Part shown: positions 24,904-37,588 of the stretch, in pieces
Position numbering within the stretch: position 1 is the first letter of the stretch
How the letters are laid out: each line of letters opens with the position of its first letter
DNA from: Massalongia carnosa
Taxonomy: Eukaryota
Length of the DNA stretch: 64,000 bases
Assembly: GCA_965645245.1 (NCBI GenBank)
Contig: OZ287067.1
Coordinates: 1,488,001 to 1,552,000, forward strand
Direction: 5' to 3'
Made by a program: the position numbers and the translations under genes
The notes under the pieces: model-generated
What the model saw: only the letters and a program-made list of their open reading frames with translations
Told to the model about the DNA's origin: nothing
The model's database searches: none

Positions 24904-27900
24904 ATGCCTCCAAAGCAAGCAACTTTGGGGTACGTAAAATCCTCTCAGCAAACCTTAGGGTGCTTACTCCCCTATTAGTACACTCTCTTAAGTTTATGCT
25001 AATATGGTTTGACCTGATAGTAAGTTCTTTGGGAACCCTCATGCTGTAAAGTCCAAACCGCAGCAGTCAACATTAGCATTCAATCCGTCCAAAGCGTCGA
25101 TAGAAAAAAACCCCTTAGACTCAGAGGTAAATGGCGCCATTGGTCTAGCGTCAGTTAAGGTGGAAGAGGCAGAAGAGTCAAATTCGGCTGAAGACACTAA
25201 TATCACTGGCACGCCCGGAGTATTGCAAACTGCGTTGAAGGAGTCTAGACTCAAGAGTGAGGAGCCCGAAGCTTTGAGGGGTAAAAATGATGACCTCAAA
25301 CATTCGAATATTTCCGACGGAGGTATGAAGGAAGAAGAGGGTGCGTAGTCAACTTCTTTTCAAGCCTTTAGACTCCAGGAAATTATTCCCCTTGATCGGA
25401 GGCTGATGGTATGACTGGAGCAGGAGATGTCCGAGGCACGGCTTCAACTCCGCCTGTAAAACGACGCAATGAAGAGTTGAAGGATGATGATGAAACTGAC
25501 GATGGGGAACCGGTCAAGAAACGATCAAGAAAAGGGGCCGCTCAGAAAGAACAGAAGCAGCCTAAAAAAAAGCCAGCAGCGTTAAAATCAGGAGACCGGC
25601 AGAAGCCCGTATCTACAGTAGCAAAGGCTTCCAAACCTGCCTCGGAGCCTCTAAAGCTTTCCTCGATAGATTCAAAGGCGTCTTCGAATCGTGCCGAGGC
25701 TGTTGTCCCTGCTGACGCCGATACTTCTGATGAGGAGAAAATGGTAGTAAGCGATGAAGAGTCAGGTGCGATGAAAGGAAATCAGACCTTCGAGAACACC
25801 CCTGGGAATGAGACTGCTTCCGAGATAGATGATGAGGAGGCGGATTCTGAAGAAGACAAACCAGATATTGCAGCCAAGGCGCGAGAAAAAGTCCAGTCCA
25901 CATTGAAAAGTAACGGGAAAGATCCTTTTCCTGATTGGCCTCCAGGCGATCCGGTGCCCTATGCAGCTCTGTGTACCACGTTTTCTCTGATCGAGCTGAC
26001 TACAAAGCGACTTGTAATTTCGGCTCATTGTTCGCTGTTTCTTCGGCAAGTCTTGCGGCTCACACCTCGGGACTTACTGCCAACCGTTCAACTCATGATC
26101 AATAAACTCGCGGCGGACTATGCTGGTATTGAACTAGGTATCGGCGAGTCATTGATCATGAAAGCCATCGGCGAGTCGACAGGAAGGAGTTTGCAAGTCA
26201 TCAAGGCGGATCAGAATGAAATAGGAGACCTTGGATTGGTAGCCGCAAAGAGCCGATCCAACCAACCCACCATGTTCAAGCCTAAACCGCTAACGGTGAG
26301 GGGAGTTCTTGATGGCTTGATGGGTATCGCTGTCATCGCAGGCGATGGTTCTCAGGGCAGGAAAATTGCTGGGATCAAGAAGCTATTGTCAGCAGCAGAT
26401 GCATCGATAGCCGGGAAAGGAAGCAAAGGAATTGATATCACAAAAGACAAGGGTGGAGCTAGCGAAGCCAAATTTATCATTCGGTTCCTGGAGGGAAAAT
26501 TGAGACTTGGACTTGCCGAAAAAACGGTTTTGGTTGGCCTTGCTCACGCCATGGTAATTCATGAGACGGAGAAACAAGGCAGCAAATTACCAAGCAGCGA
26601 ACAGTTGGCAAAAGGAGAATCCATTCTAAAGAGTGTCTACAGGTGTGGAAGAGAATCCAATATTTCAAGACCAAGCTGATACCTGGGTAGTGAACTACCA
26701 AGCTACGAAGTCATCATTCCAGCCATGCTTGAACATGGTATCTTTAACCTGCGCGATAACTGCAAACTGCAACCCGGCGTGCCTCTGAAACCCATGTTAG
26801 CAAAGCCGACCAAATCCATCACGGAAGTTCTGGACCGATTCGAAGGCAAGAACTTCACTTGCGAATACAAGTACGACGGTGAGCGAGCGCAAATACATTA
26901 TGTCGTGGAAAACTCGCCTGTGCAGTACGCCAACAGTCTGCCCGCCTTGAACAAGAAGGCGAAAGGGCTTTCCGCGATCTTCTCACGCAATTCTGAGGAC
27001 CTCTCGAAGAAGTACCCGGACATCTTGGCAAAACTGGACACTTGGATCAAGCCGGAAACGAAGAGCTTTGTGCTTGACTGCGAAACGGTAGCTTGGGACC
27101 TGGTTGAGAAGAAGGTGCTACCCTTCCAGCAGTTGATGACTCGAAAACGCAAAGATGTCAAGGTCGAAGACGTCAAGGTCAAAGTCTGCGTGTTCGCCTT
27201 CGATATGCTCTTCTACAACGGAGAGGTAAGCTCTCTACCCCAGTCCCTCCTCTTCCAGCACCCCAACGGCTTTAACCCTTCCCCCTCCCATTTCACAGGC
27301 CGTAGTTGAGAAAACTTTCCGGGAGCGCCGCGAGCTTCTGCACCGTGCCTTCACCGAAGTCGAGGGTGAATTTGCCTTCGCCCAATTCGGCAACACCAAC
27401 GACCTAGACGCGATCCAAACGCTGCTAGACGAAAGTGTCAAGGCCTCATGTGAGGGCCTCATGGTCAAGATGCTCGACACGGCCGACAGCGGCTACGAGC
27501 CCAGCAAGCGCAGCCGCAACTGGCTCAAAGTGAAAAAGGACTACCTGTCCGGCATTGGCGACTCGCTCGACCTCGTCGTCGTAGGCGCCTATTTCGGCCG
27601 GGGCAAACGCACCTCCGTCTACGGCGCCTTCCTGCTTGCCTGCTACAACCCCGCGCGCGAAAGCTTCGAAACTGTTTGCAACATCGGCACCGGCTTCTCC
27701 GAGGCCCTCCTCGAAGAGCTGCACGCCAAGCTGGCCCCCGGCGTCATCGAGCGCGCCAAGCCCTTCTACGCGCACTCGGCCGTGCCCAAGGATCAGCCCG
27801 ACGTGTGGTTCGAGCCGCGCTTCGTGTGGGAGGTCAAGACGGCCGATTTGACCCTGAGTCCGCGCTACAAGGCCGGCGTCGACGTGCTGGGTGATGAGGC

Positions 27901-28066
27901 CGGCGGGAGGGGCATCAGCCTCAGGTTCCCGCGCTTCGTGAAGGAGAGGGAGGATAAAAAGCCCGGGCAGGCGACTGGGAGTCGCATGGTAGTGGAGCTG
28001 TACCAGAAGCAGGAGAATGTGGCTAAGAGCAAGGGGCCGGCGGTGGACGATGATTTCGAGTATTAG
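24904..28066 (+). CDS. CDC9: ATP-dependent DNA ligase I (5 exons)
   Basis: PIP box QxTLGKFF (spliced), KPMLAKP, adenylation motif EYKYDGERAQIH, CEGLMVK, WLKVKKDY, ISLRFPRF. Confidence 0.95.
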
Positions 28067-28240
28067 GCTTCTTTTAGGAGGGGGGAAAAGAAGGGAAGCC
28101 GGGAAACCATCTCGGTTGTTAGCCACATTTCTCTCAAGCTTCGTTGTATTTTACACTTGAGATACACAATGACGCCGGAAAGACTTTCGAAAAAATTTCC
28201 AAATGAACCAGCTGCATCCAAACCCTACCATGCACATCCA

Positions 28241-30361
28241 TCACCCCGTACACCTCTCCTCTGGCTCCCGAAACACCAGCCCCAACCCCTCAAACACCCT
28301 CCTCTCCGCGACTCTCCAATCCGTGCAGCGCGTTCTCTCGTCCGCCCACCCCTCCAGATCCACCCATCGGCCCGTGCCCCTCTCGCGCACGCCGCTGCTG
28401 TCAAACTTCCAGCCCTTGACCTTCTTGGCGTAGCGCCTCAGATCGCGCTGGAAGGTGGTGCCCGAGGTCCAGCCGGCGACGGCGCAGCCGACGGTACGCC
28501 AGGGGGACACGATGATGTCGACGCGGCGGTGGGGGTTGGGGTTCTTGCCCGGCGTCGCTGGGGTGGCGGCTTGCGAGGGCCCAGCGGTGTCCTGCCAGAC
28601 GACAAGGGCTTTATCGAGGGTGTCGAAGCCGTGGCCAGCGGGGCTGTGCAGGGAACGGAGGGGAAGAGGCTGCTGGTCGCGATTCGAGTTCGTCAAGGCC
28701 AGGGTGAGAACGTGAGTGATGCAGCCGCTTGCTTCAAGAGCGGCGACGACGTCGGCGACGAGGTTGAGCGTCACGCGCTCCGACGGGTGGCTGAGAATCA
28801 GGTCGACATCGCCGGATTCAGGTTTTCCGCGGCGGTGGCCACCGACGATGATGGTTTCCAGGCGTGAGTCCGTGATACGCCGAGCGTGGGTAGCGATAGT
28901 GGCCGCGATAGATTCAACCTCGGCGTGCGGAATCTTCAGCTGGAATTCATCGTAATACTTCACGCCGATTTGCTGCACGCGGGTGAGGGAACGCCACCCT
29001 TGCTCGACGATATCGTCGAGGTCGCGCCAGTGGCGGCTGTAGTAGAACTCGCGCGCGGTGGCGGCACCGACTCCCCAGATCTCGTAGAAGAGGCGCAGGA
29101 CGTGCAGGACAGGGTCGGCCTCGATGTCGGCGATGGCTTGGATGTGGCCGTCCGAGTGTTGCCATTCTTGGAAGAGTTGGGCTGTCTTTTGATCGCAACC
29201 GGGGAGGGCGAGAATCTCGCGGGTGCTGGTAAAGGGGTGGGGGTATGCGGCGAGGGAGGCAATGACGGTACTGTAGGCGCGAACGCCGATGTCATCGCCG
29301 GTAAGGGCGCGGGCTAGTTTGATCTTTTCTAGCTGTTGAATGAATTCTTCATTAGGGGGATGTAGAGGGGTGGCACGTTCGCAGGCGTAGATTTTGTTCT
29401 CCTTCACCCAGTCTGGCATGGCTGGAAGGGAGCTGGCGATATCCTGGTCGTGCTCCGAAGTTGTTTGATGCAGAAGATGGGTTGGTCGCGTTACGCTGAA
29501 ATGGGGATTCTGGCTGCCTACATGGGCAGAAGATGTAAAGCTTCGGCCTGTAAAGTCTTTGCTGGTGGCTTCCTTAACGCGATCTCGTTTCCAAGCCCTA
29601 GCTACCAAAGACCTGCGAGGATTCTCAGTGTTCATTTCCATAACCGTTCGGTTTGCTTCCTGGTCAGCATATTTTTCCGTGGGTTTATGAGCTGCTTGAG
29701 GGTTGCTAGTCTCCACGGGAGGAAGTAAACGTGCTTGGTATATGGTGTAGGGCTCAAAAGGCTGGAATTTGTTATCCGCTAGTAACCGACGAAACCACTC
29801 AATGTTAACGACTGAAATAAGGGATTCCAGAGCGCTACGATTGAAAGGTCGTGGGGCCTTTTTCTGAGCCGGGAGTTGATCGGTGGAAGACCCAGATAAA
29901 CCAGTGGTGGCATACCTGAACGTAAGTTGTGAAGCCAGAAGCCCCTCGCCATTTGATACTCTAGCTGCATCTGTTATCGAGTCTGTTGCCGTGCTGGCAT
30001 TGTCATCATGCAGCGCCGCCAACTTCCTTCTAGAAGATGACTCTCCTCCCTTCAGTCGACGTTGTTTGGCCGCTGGAGCCTCAGGAGAAGGAGTATCTAA
30101 CGGTATTGGTATGGATTTTCCTTCTTGAGTCACAATCTCTTCACTTCGGACCTTGCCCCATTTCAACTCCAGCTTCGCGCGCTTCTCCCTTGTAATATCT
30201 CCAAGCACAATGTTTGCTCCCTTCATATCATAGGTCAACAAAGCCCCGTGTCGCAGGAGTTCATCTTCAATTTCATGAAGCTCAGCTTCTGTCAAGTGGG
30301 TAGGCAGAACGAATATGGGTGGCAGGCCAGAAAGATCAAGATCTGGGGTTCCAGATACCAT
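28241..30361 (-). CDS. POL4: X-family DNA polymerase, Pol mu/TdT-like, with N-terminal BRCT-like region
   Basis: HhH motif IWGVGAATA, GGHRRGKPESGDVDLILSHP, RRVDII, and the GW motif (AGWTSG) typical of Pol mu/TdT rather than the YF of Pol beta/lambda. Confidence 0.9.
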   Translation of the reverse strand: MVSGTPDLDLSGLPPIFVLPTHLTEAELHEIEDELLRHGALLTYDMKGANIVLGDITREKRAKLELKWGKVRSEEIVTQEGKSIPIPLDTPSPEAPAAKQRRLKGGESSSRRKLAALHDDNASTATDSITDAARVSNGEGLLASQLTFRYATTGLSGSSTDQLPAQKKAPRPFNRSALESLISVVNIEWFRRLLADNKFQPFEPYTIYQARLLPPVETSNPQAAHKPTEKYADQEANRTVMEMNTENPRRSLVARAWKRDRVKEATSKDFTGRSFTSSAHVGSQNPHFSVTRPTHLLHQTTSEHDQDIASSLPAMPDWVKENKIYACERATPLHPPNEEFIQQLEKIKLARALTGDDIGVRAYSTVIASLAAYPHPFTSTREILALPGCDQKTAQLFQEWQHSDGHIQAIADIEADPVLHVLRLFYEIWGVGAATAREFYYSRHWRDLDDIVEQGWRSLTRVQQIGVKYYDEFQLKIPHAEVESIAATIATHARRITDSRLETIIVGGHRRGKPESGDVDLILSHPSERVTLNLVADVVAALEASGCITHVLTLALTNSNRDQQPLPLRSLHSPAGHGFDTLDKALVVWQDTAGPSQAATPATPGKNPNPHRRVDIIVSPWRTVGCAVAGWTSGTTFQRDLRRYAKKVKGWKFDSSGVRERGTGRWVDLEGWADERTRCTDWRVAERRVFEGLGLVFREPEERCTG

Positions 30362-30725
30362 CTTGATTCTCGGAAGCTGAAGTGGACTCCAGACTGCTGA
30401 GCATGTTGTTTCTAAAAAGCAAGCATCTTTGGCTCGAAGAGTCTAGACTGATGATTTTTCAGGAATAGAAAAACTTTTTAAGCGCAACATGATGTCGATA
30501 TTAATATCTTGATCGCTTGATCTCTTTCTCTTCGACACAGTAGAAAAGGGAGTGGTCCGACGGAATATGTAGCTGGGCATTGAGCCTGCGAACTTTGGAC
30601 TGCGAATTCACACAGCACGAATGAAGAAAACCCAGTAACTCATATTGCTCTGCCTTCGTTGGCGCAGCTTTTCAATGTCTTGTGCGGTCCGATATGATGA
30701 CAGCGTGAAACATGTCGCAGTCAAA

Positions 30726-30742
30726 TGACGTCAGATCACGTG
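30726..30742. promoter_or_regulatory. Adjacent CRE (TGACGTCA) and E-box (TCACGTG) in the PolX/CBM divergent promoter
   Basis: Exact motif matches 2 bp apart. Confidence 0.5.
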
Positions 30743-31376
30743 CGAGGATCAAACAACTGCGATAGTTTAATTCGTAACACGCACGACATATCATGGCTGA
30801 TAGGTCTCCCTTCTCCTAAATGAGTATTTTCTCCTCAACGATTTCTTTCCCCCCTGACTCCTCGTGACCTGACCGTTTTCGCGAAGTGCGGGGCTCGGAT
30901 CGGAGAAACGTCTCACCATCCGTCATGAATGCTCGTATTCGTATTCGTAGTGTTTAAAGCCCTTTATCGACTACGATCACCATCGTCACCCTCTTCTGTT
31001 CTTTTACTCAAATACTCAACATAGCAGGCAGCCGAACAGCCGCTTCCTCATCGTATCTCTTAACTGAGTGGAGTATCGTCTCTTTTTTATAAGCGACATA
31101 GAACAGAGCTCTTTCCGTTGCTTGAGTGTGGAGAGGTGGGCAACTTAGTATATGATCTACTGACGTAGCCAGTTTCTGTTCCTGTTTCGTCGTTCGTGTA
31201 AGATCCTCTATGAGAATCATTCCAGCACTCGATCATTTGGATTGCTGCAGATTTCAAATTTAATATCCCTTTTTTTGTTATCTTCTCCTGCTAGATTTTT
31301 CTTAGCTTGCTCAGTTTCTTCAGTCAGGAGTTTGCTTTTGCACGTGCCTTGCTGCAATACTTCGAGCAGCTGAAGA

Positions 31377-32287
31377 ATGCAGAACGTTCAATTCAGCTTT
31401 GCATGCCCCGGGGCCCAGCCTCCAGTCTTTATTGCTGGGTCCTTCACAGATCCACCATGGCAAGTTCAGGAAATGGACCATATGTTGGAGAAGCCAAAGG
31501 GGGTGGACCCGAACAGCCAGCCTGTAGGACCCCATTACCGATTCATCAAAAACATCAATGTAAGGGAAGGTCGCTGGCAGTACAAATTCCGGTTTGGCCC
31601 GGGTGACTGGTGGGTTTGTGATGAGGGTACAGAGATAGGTGGGCTTGAAAACTGGCAGCAGGCCCTGGACAAGTTGCTCATTATGGTCTAGTGACTGATG
31701 AATCGGGAAATACCAACAATCTTTTGACGGTGCCCCGGCCCACAGTAAATAAGAACAAGGGTGCTTCAAGGGTGGAAGTAGGGGATAAAGAGAATAAGAT
31801 ATTTGGTCAAGCGCAACAGGTGGAGACTCCACAGACTTTTTTGAAAGGAGCCTTGGATTCAAGGTTCAAATCAAACGAGGCTGAAGAACAGAAAGCAAAA
31901 TCAAACGATGTTGAAGAGAGGGCTCAAAGCTTTTTGGGACAACCTGCGTCTGACAACGAGACCTTAGAAAGTTCCTGCGCCCAACCAAAGTATGACGCTA
32001 ACCAGACAAGCGCGCAAGGACAATTTCAAGAAATAGGCATTGCAGCTATGGAAGGAAAGCCGAATACGGTATCTGAAGACGACGACTGTCAACGATTACT
32101 AGGTCAGGGTATAACTGACCAGGAGGGTAGCCGACGTAGAAAACTAAACGGCACAATCACATCAACATCGAGTCTAGAGTTCTATAATGAGTCCGAGTCG
32201 TCGAATGCCGGAATTGGTAGCTTTTGGGAAATGCTAGTTCAGTGCTTGCATTTTATTTATATTCAGTTATTGGGCCGAAGGCATTGA
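31377..32287 (+). CDS. AMPK1_CBM (CBM48-like glycogen-binding) domain protein with low-complexity tail (2 exons)
   Basis: PPVFIAGSFTDPPWQVQEM...WQYKFRFGPGDWWVCD | VTDESGNTNNLLTV. Intron at about 31639-31691. Confidence 0.8.
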
Positions 32288-32746
32288 TGATTGTAGGGAA
32301 GTCACTGTATCGTGCAGGTCAAAATCTCTCCCTGGCGATTATCACAGAACACAAGCACGGCGGTGACGGACTAGGGCAGTGGTGGATCACAAGTGTGCCG
32401 TTTCAGTAACAATTCAACAAACAAGGCTAAACAACCTACTTCTTCTTTCGAAACTTGTTACCTTTTGGACCTTGTCCTGACAGAGCTTCAGGGTTTCTAT
32501 ACAATCTCATCCATCAGCAAGCGAAGTCTATCCCTATTGTCATACTGACATTGTGGCCGATTTTTTCATCACGCATTACCTTGTGTACCAAGAACCCTGT
32601 GTGTGGGTGATCTTATTTCTAAATACAACACAACACAACATTCATCCCTTTGCATCGTGATTTCTACAATCATATGTGGACACGAGATTTTACTACATCA
32701 AACTTACCTGGGTCTTTGAAAAAGCTTTCAGTCGTGGATATCAACG

Positions 32747-35008
32747 ATGTCCGAATCTTCAACTCCGAAGGTCAAATTGCCAGAGTGGAGGATCAGAAAT
32801 CAACCTTCACTCATTGTTAATTCGTGGGCTCAGTCGGCCGAGCAAGGACGTGTTCCCAAGTTAGGTCAAGCTAGACAGAATCCTCCAGGAAACCCCACAA
32901 ATCGGAGCAAGTATGAAGACAAACCTATGCCGCCTGCACCAACCAGCTCTCCCACGAGCAGCATTCCAGTAAGGTCAAAGCCACACCTAGAGATTCAGCC
33001 AGCCGCGCCGTACGTCACAACTGCCCAAAGCCACCCGGATGTGAAAAATCGAGCGGCGACCGACCCTATCATGCCCAAACCTCTTTTTGTAAACAAAAAA
33101 AAGGAAAGTACAACGCAGGTACAGCAAAAATTTACACAATCAAACATCGATGATGCTTTTGATGACAGCAAAGCACTCAAGAGCCAACTTTCTTCGCCAC
33201 CTGCTCTAATACCTGATAATGCAGCAGAAGTCCGAGGTTATTATCCAGTAACGGATTATAAATGTGATGAACCTCCTGCGTCGGCTCCTCCGACCATCAC
33301 AACCCCAGACCCCTATGGATATCTGTCCGATGATCTATCGGCAGGATCACAAAGTCCTGCCCGGTATATTCATTCAACATCCGGACCTACACGACGCTTT
33401 CTTAAAGAGCATCGCTCAACCCAATCAGAGGATATTCATGTATCGCTTCTTTCGAGCCAGAAGACAACTGAAACAGAAGACATTGAGAAGCATGGACATA
33501 TTCAGGGTATGATCATGGGCGATGGGATCTTGAGTCCTACTAGGACCGGAACTTATGGGCGAGTAGGCGAAGTTGGTTTCGTCCATCAGAACAATACCCA
33601 GCGCATTGTCAGTCAGGCTGGGATCATGGAAACCGTTGAGTCTCCTAGAAACTCTCTACGAGGACGAAGGTCAGCGGAGTATCCGCCAAGTACTTATGCC
33701 GGAATCTGGGAAAACGATCCTCATGTTGTGAGTATGATCATATAAACTTTCACAAAGTGCTATCTGATTGATGATTCTCAGGGCTATTCTCTACCCCCGT
33801 TTAACTCCCGCAGCCTTAACCCTTTATTTGAACCACCAATGCACATACGTGACGGCTCGTATTCTTCGCGTTCAGCTACCATTCCTTTAACTTTTGATGA
33901 CTCAGGTCGAGATCCCGCTCGCTCAGCGCCTTATCCGTTGGCTACACCACATGCTACTACTTGGACGACTGGTTCGCTAGGAAATTCTTTTGCTTCGTCC
34001 AATATACCACCAACAACAAATCTGGTAGCACCATCGTCCAGATACAATGCTATACCAACGCCGCCGCGTACGCATCCTGGAATTCAGCAACCTGGATCAA
34101 TGTCAAAAGAACTGGCTCAAGTAGAGATATCAGTACATCATCATCTTGATAGCTGTTTCTCAGCTCTATCAAGACTAACGACTGAAAAAGAGGATAAGAT
34201 GGTAGACCTACTGGCTGTGCTCTTGGAGAACCATGCCGAAAAGTTTGAGGTAGCGCTCAATAGTATTAGAGCTGATGTCAAGGATATGAAAAGGGAGAAT
34301 TCGGCGCGGCATCGAGAGTTCAAAGAAGTCCTTAAAGAAATGGAGAGCATTAAGGAGACGGTTAGCGGACTAAAGTTTAAAAGCGGCACAATCACACGTA
34401 AGATCGATGCCTTGGATAAGAAACTCGAGGAGGGCAGTGTTTTACGCGATAAGTTTCACGCTGCCTTTCCAAGCGAAGGGGATTCTGAGTCAATGGATCA
34501 CAGCATTCGCAAGTTCCCAGCCCATCAGACTGGAAACCTAGGTGCCGCTTCTCGTGAGAATGAACCTTATCAGAAGAGTCAGGACACAGTACGTGTCTCT
34601 CGCAGGGCGGACCGTGAGGGTGGCCAGACCGAAAATCAAAATGACGTCCCCATACAGACTGCGGGCCGTTTGCAGCAGCACGCCGCGACACGTATTTCGT
34701 CAGAAGCCAGCCGCCAGAGAAGCCAGACCTACCGAAGGCATCTGGAAGAAAATTTATTCGTCCAAGCATCTCGGGATCCTGTGTCGCGTGCCGCCCGGGA
34801 GAATTTTTTTAGCCGAATGGGACATCTAAAAGGTCCCCCGCCTGATCTCACTCGACATCCTGCCTATCGAGGATTACCTGAGTATTCTACCCCATCCGTC
34901 CAGGATCCACGCCGTGTCGCTACAGGCTTTCAGTCTGGTAAGATTGAAGTTCACCCCAAACCCACTAACCCAAATGATTGGTATCAGGAAGCTTATGGCA
35001 ACTCTTGA
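32747..35008 (+). CDS. Hypothetical protein: disordered Pro/Ser-rich N-terminus plus coiled coil (2 exons)
   Basis: Two long ORFs (332 and 389 aa) joined by intron GTGAGT..CTGAT..CAG at about 33728-33781. Heptad region VALNSIRADVKDMKRE...IDALDKKLE. Confidence 0.75.
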
Positions 35009-35654
35009 ACTAAACAGGGTAAAGAAACCATGCTGAGGAGACGGAAATTTCAGTTTCGCCTTACTGTTCTGTGGACTCAATTCAACCTCAGCTTACAAAA
35101 TACTCTGTTTCATCTTTGCTCGGTTGTTGATTGGGAAGAGGGAAGCACTTGTTACTCTCCTCTGTATTTTCACTCAACACCGACTTAGGCATAACTCACT
35201 AGTGATAGTTCATGTTATTAGCTAGGCCTCATGTCGCAGGCTACTCCTTGTTATGAAGCCTTGGTTTTTCTTCGAATCTCATCGACTTGTGAACAAACAT
35301 CCGGTGCTGTTTCGGTTCAAAGTATAATACCTTTATTCCCCCAAGTAACTTGCTGCCCTTCACTGAGGTTATACAATGCCCACCTATATGAAGTATATCA
35401 CATCCAGGATGTATCTACTTAGAAACCTTAGGAATTGCCTTTTCACTCTCTAAATGGAGTAGTATGATTATTGTGATCATCCACCAGTACTAATAACGAG
35501 TACTCCGTACAGAGTAATTATGGACTTAATACGTGATAATTAAACCCGAGCGAGTCACGTGCGGATGTACAAAGCTGTTTAGAGGCACGGGCCAATAAGA
35601 GTATCTGCATGACCATAGTCACTGAAGTTAAGACCTTCAAGCTCAAATTTTAAT

Positions 35655-37224
35655 ATGGCATTACCTCCAGAACATATTAAGATCAAGAGGCGGCGAGATG
35701 AAGAGCCAGTTGAGACGCTTTGTGAGTGCCTTTTATCCTTTGCGATCACATTGGCATGTCCATTGCTGAATATCTATTCCCAGACATTGAGCAGAAAAGG
35801 CAACGGTCAAACTACCTTTGGAGCAGAATCAGAAGCGAAAGTAGTTCCAAGGCAACTATCAGCGCATTGCAGCAGCCACACGCGCTTCCTACGATAGATA
35901 GTGTTACCCAGCAGCAAAGTGCAATAGCTTGCGTTCCAATTGTACGGATCACTTTGCGTTCGGAAGATAAAACGGATGAAAGAAAGCTGACCCATGCGCC
36001 TGTTTCGTATGCACAGGTTAATACATTCAATGATTTGCAGGTCACCACCGGTGGTTCAGAGTCAGCCTCTGATCCCAGAGTCCTTCTCTCGACCGATAAG
36101 AAATCGAGCTCGTCGAAGCTCATCCCGCGGCCTCGCAAGTTCCATTTAACAAGCAGTGCTACATCTTCCATGTCCGCTTCTGTTGTACCAGAAGATGAAG
36201 TCCAAAAGTCCAAGAAGCGGCGCCGCGATTTAGCTGTGTTTGTTGAAAAGAGGAAAAGAATATCTCCATTCGATCATGACTCATGCAGAGCTACAAATCC
36301 AGAGCTGAGAAACAATCCCACGGGCAATACCCAAGATGGCGATGGGTTTCGTAAGTTTGAATCCAAGCATTGTCCACTCAATGGTGGAATAGATAAGGAA
36401 GAGAGTAATAAGAGACCAAAAGACCCAACAAGCATGATCACCAAATTTCCAGAGGTAGCACAGGACAGAAGTAAGCCTTTGAGCCAATCAAATTTCGGCT
36501 TGATCGCTCTCACAGAGCAATTACACCAAGCTACGCCTCAGGATTCTCTCATACATATCAAAACTCTCGAAATACCCCTGCACAAGCCGCAGCCTAAGAT
36601 CAAGCCCAAACCACCAAGACCTCGCCTTCGAGAAACACAACTTATATCGACGAATTCTGATGTAGATGAAGCTATGGTCGACGGGCATTTTGTAGAAGAC
36701 GATGAAGATTTTATTTATGATACTTACGTTCGCTCTTCTAACCAGATGGCTGCCATCTCTATAGATCCTTCGGAGCCGTTTTACAACCTCTCCGATCATA
36801 TGCCTGATCAAATCGATATCAATAAAATTGGCATATTAATTATTGCGGAGGAAGACCAAGCGGTATGGGAAACCTTCGGCGAGGAGGAGGAAAGCGATAA
36901 GGACTGGAACAGTGAAGAAGAAGATGAGAATGGTACATTATCCGCTACCATAAGACAGACGTATTACCATATTTGCTGACTTTCAAAGCGGAGGATTTCT
37001 ATGGTAATGATTATCCTGAGGATGAGGTCAACTCTGACGACGAGTTTGGCATGGGAGCTTATGATCATCGACATCGTGCTTCCGATGATGAAGAGTTTGA
37101 CGAAGACACAATAGGGTGGTCTGATGAGGAGGAAGGGGAGCGTCGCCCCTGGAAACACAACGTTTGGGGCTGTTGCGTGCTGGATGGTTGCGACAATGAT
37201 GGAGAAAAACCAATTGAACAATGA
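35655..37224 (+). CDS. IWR1: Iwr1 RNA polymerase II nuclear import factor (3 exons)
   Basis: MALPPEHIKIKRRRDEEPVETL NLS-type start, DDEDFIYDTYVR, and acidic DWNSEEEDENAEDFYGNDYPEDE. Confidence 0.87.
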
Positions 37225-37588
37225 CATGCAGTGATGCACTTTTGGAAGAGATTGGTAGCTTGTAATGATTGACTCGTTTCACCCGCTCTGAGACCTTTTG
37301 AAAAAGGATGGGATCACTATTATACGTTCTGCTAAACAACACAATACCTCCTCCAATGCTTGGGGTATTCATAAAGAAGCAGCTTGTGTTCGACAATTCC
37401 GCGGCCTCGCAGACCAACAAATAGAGTGTGCGTCGAACGATAACAATGCGAGTAGCAAATACAGACCAGTTTGTAGTCTACTGGAAATGATTCATAACTT
37501 CTGGGCTGGTTGGTATATACCTAAATCAGGTCAGAGCGACGCATATTCAAAGGTACCATGGGTAATTTTCTACCTTGGGGCAAGGCAT

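Noticed and set aside
27446..29317. Several 80-240 aa overlapping ORFs
   Set aside because: Antisense or alternative-frame shadows in the GC-rich 3' ends of CDC9 and PolX.
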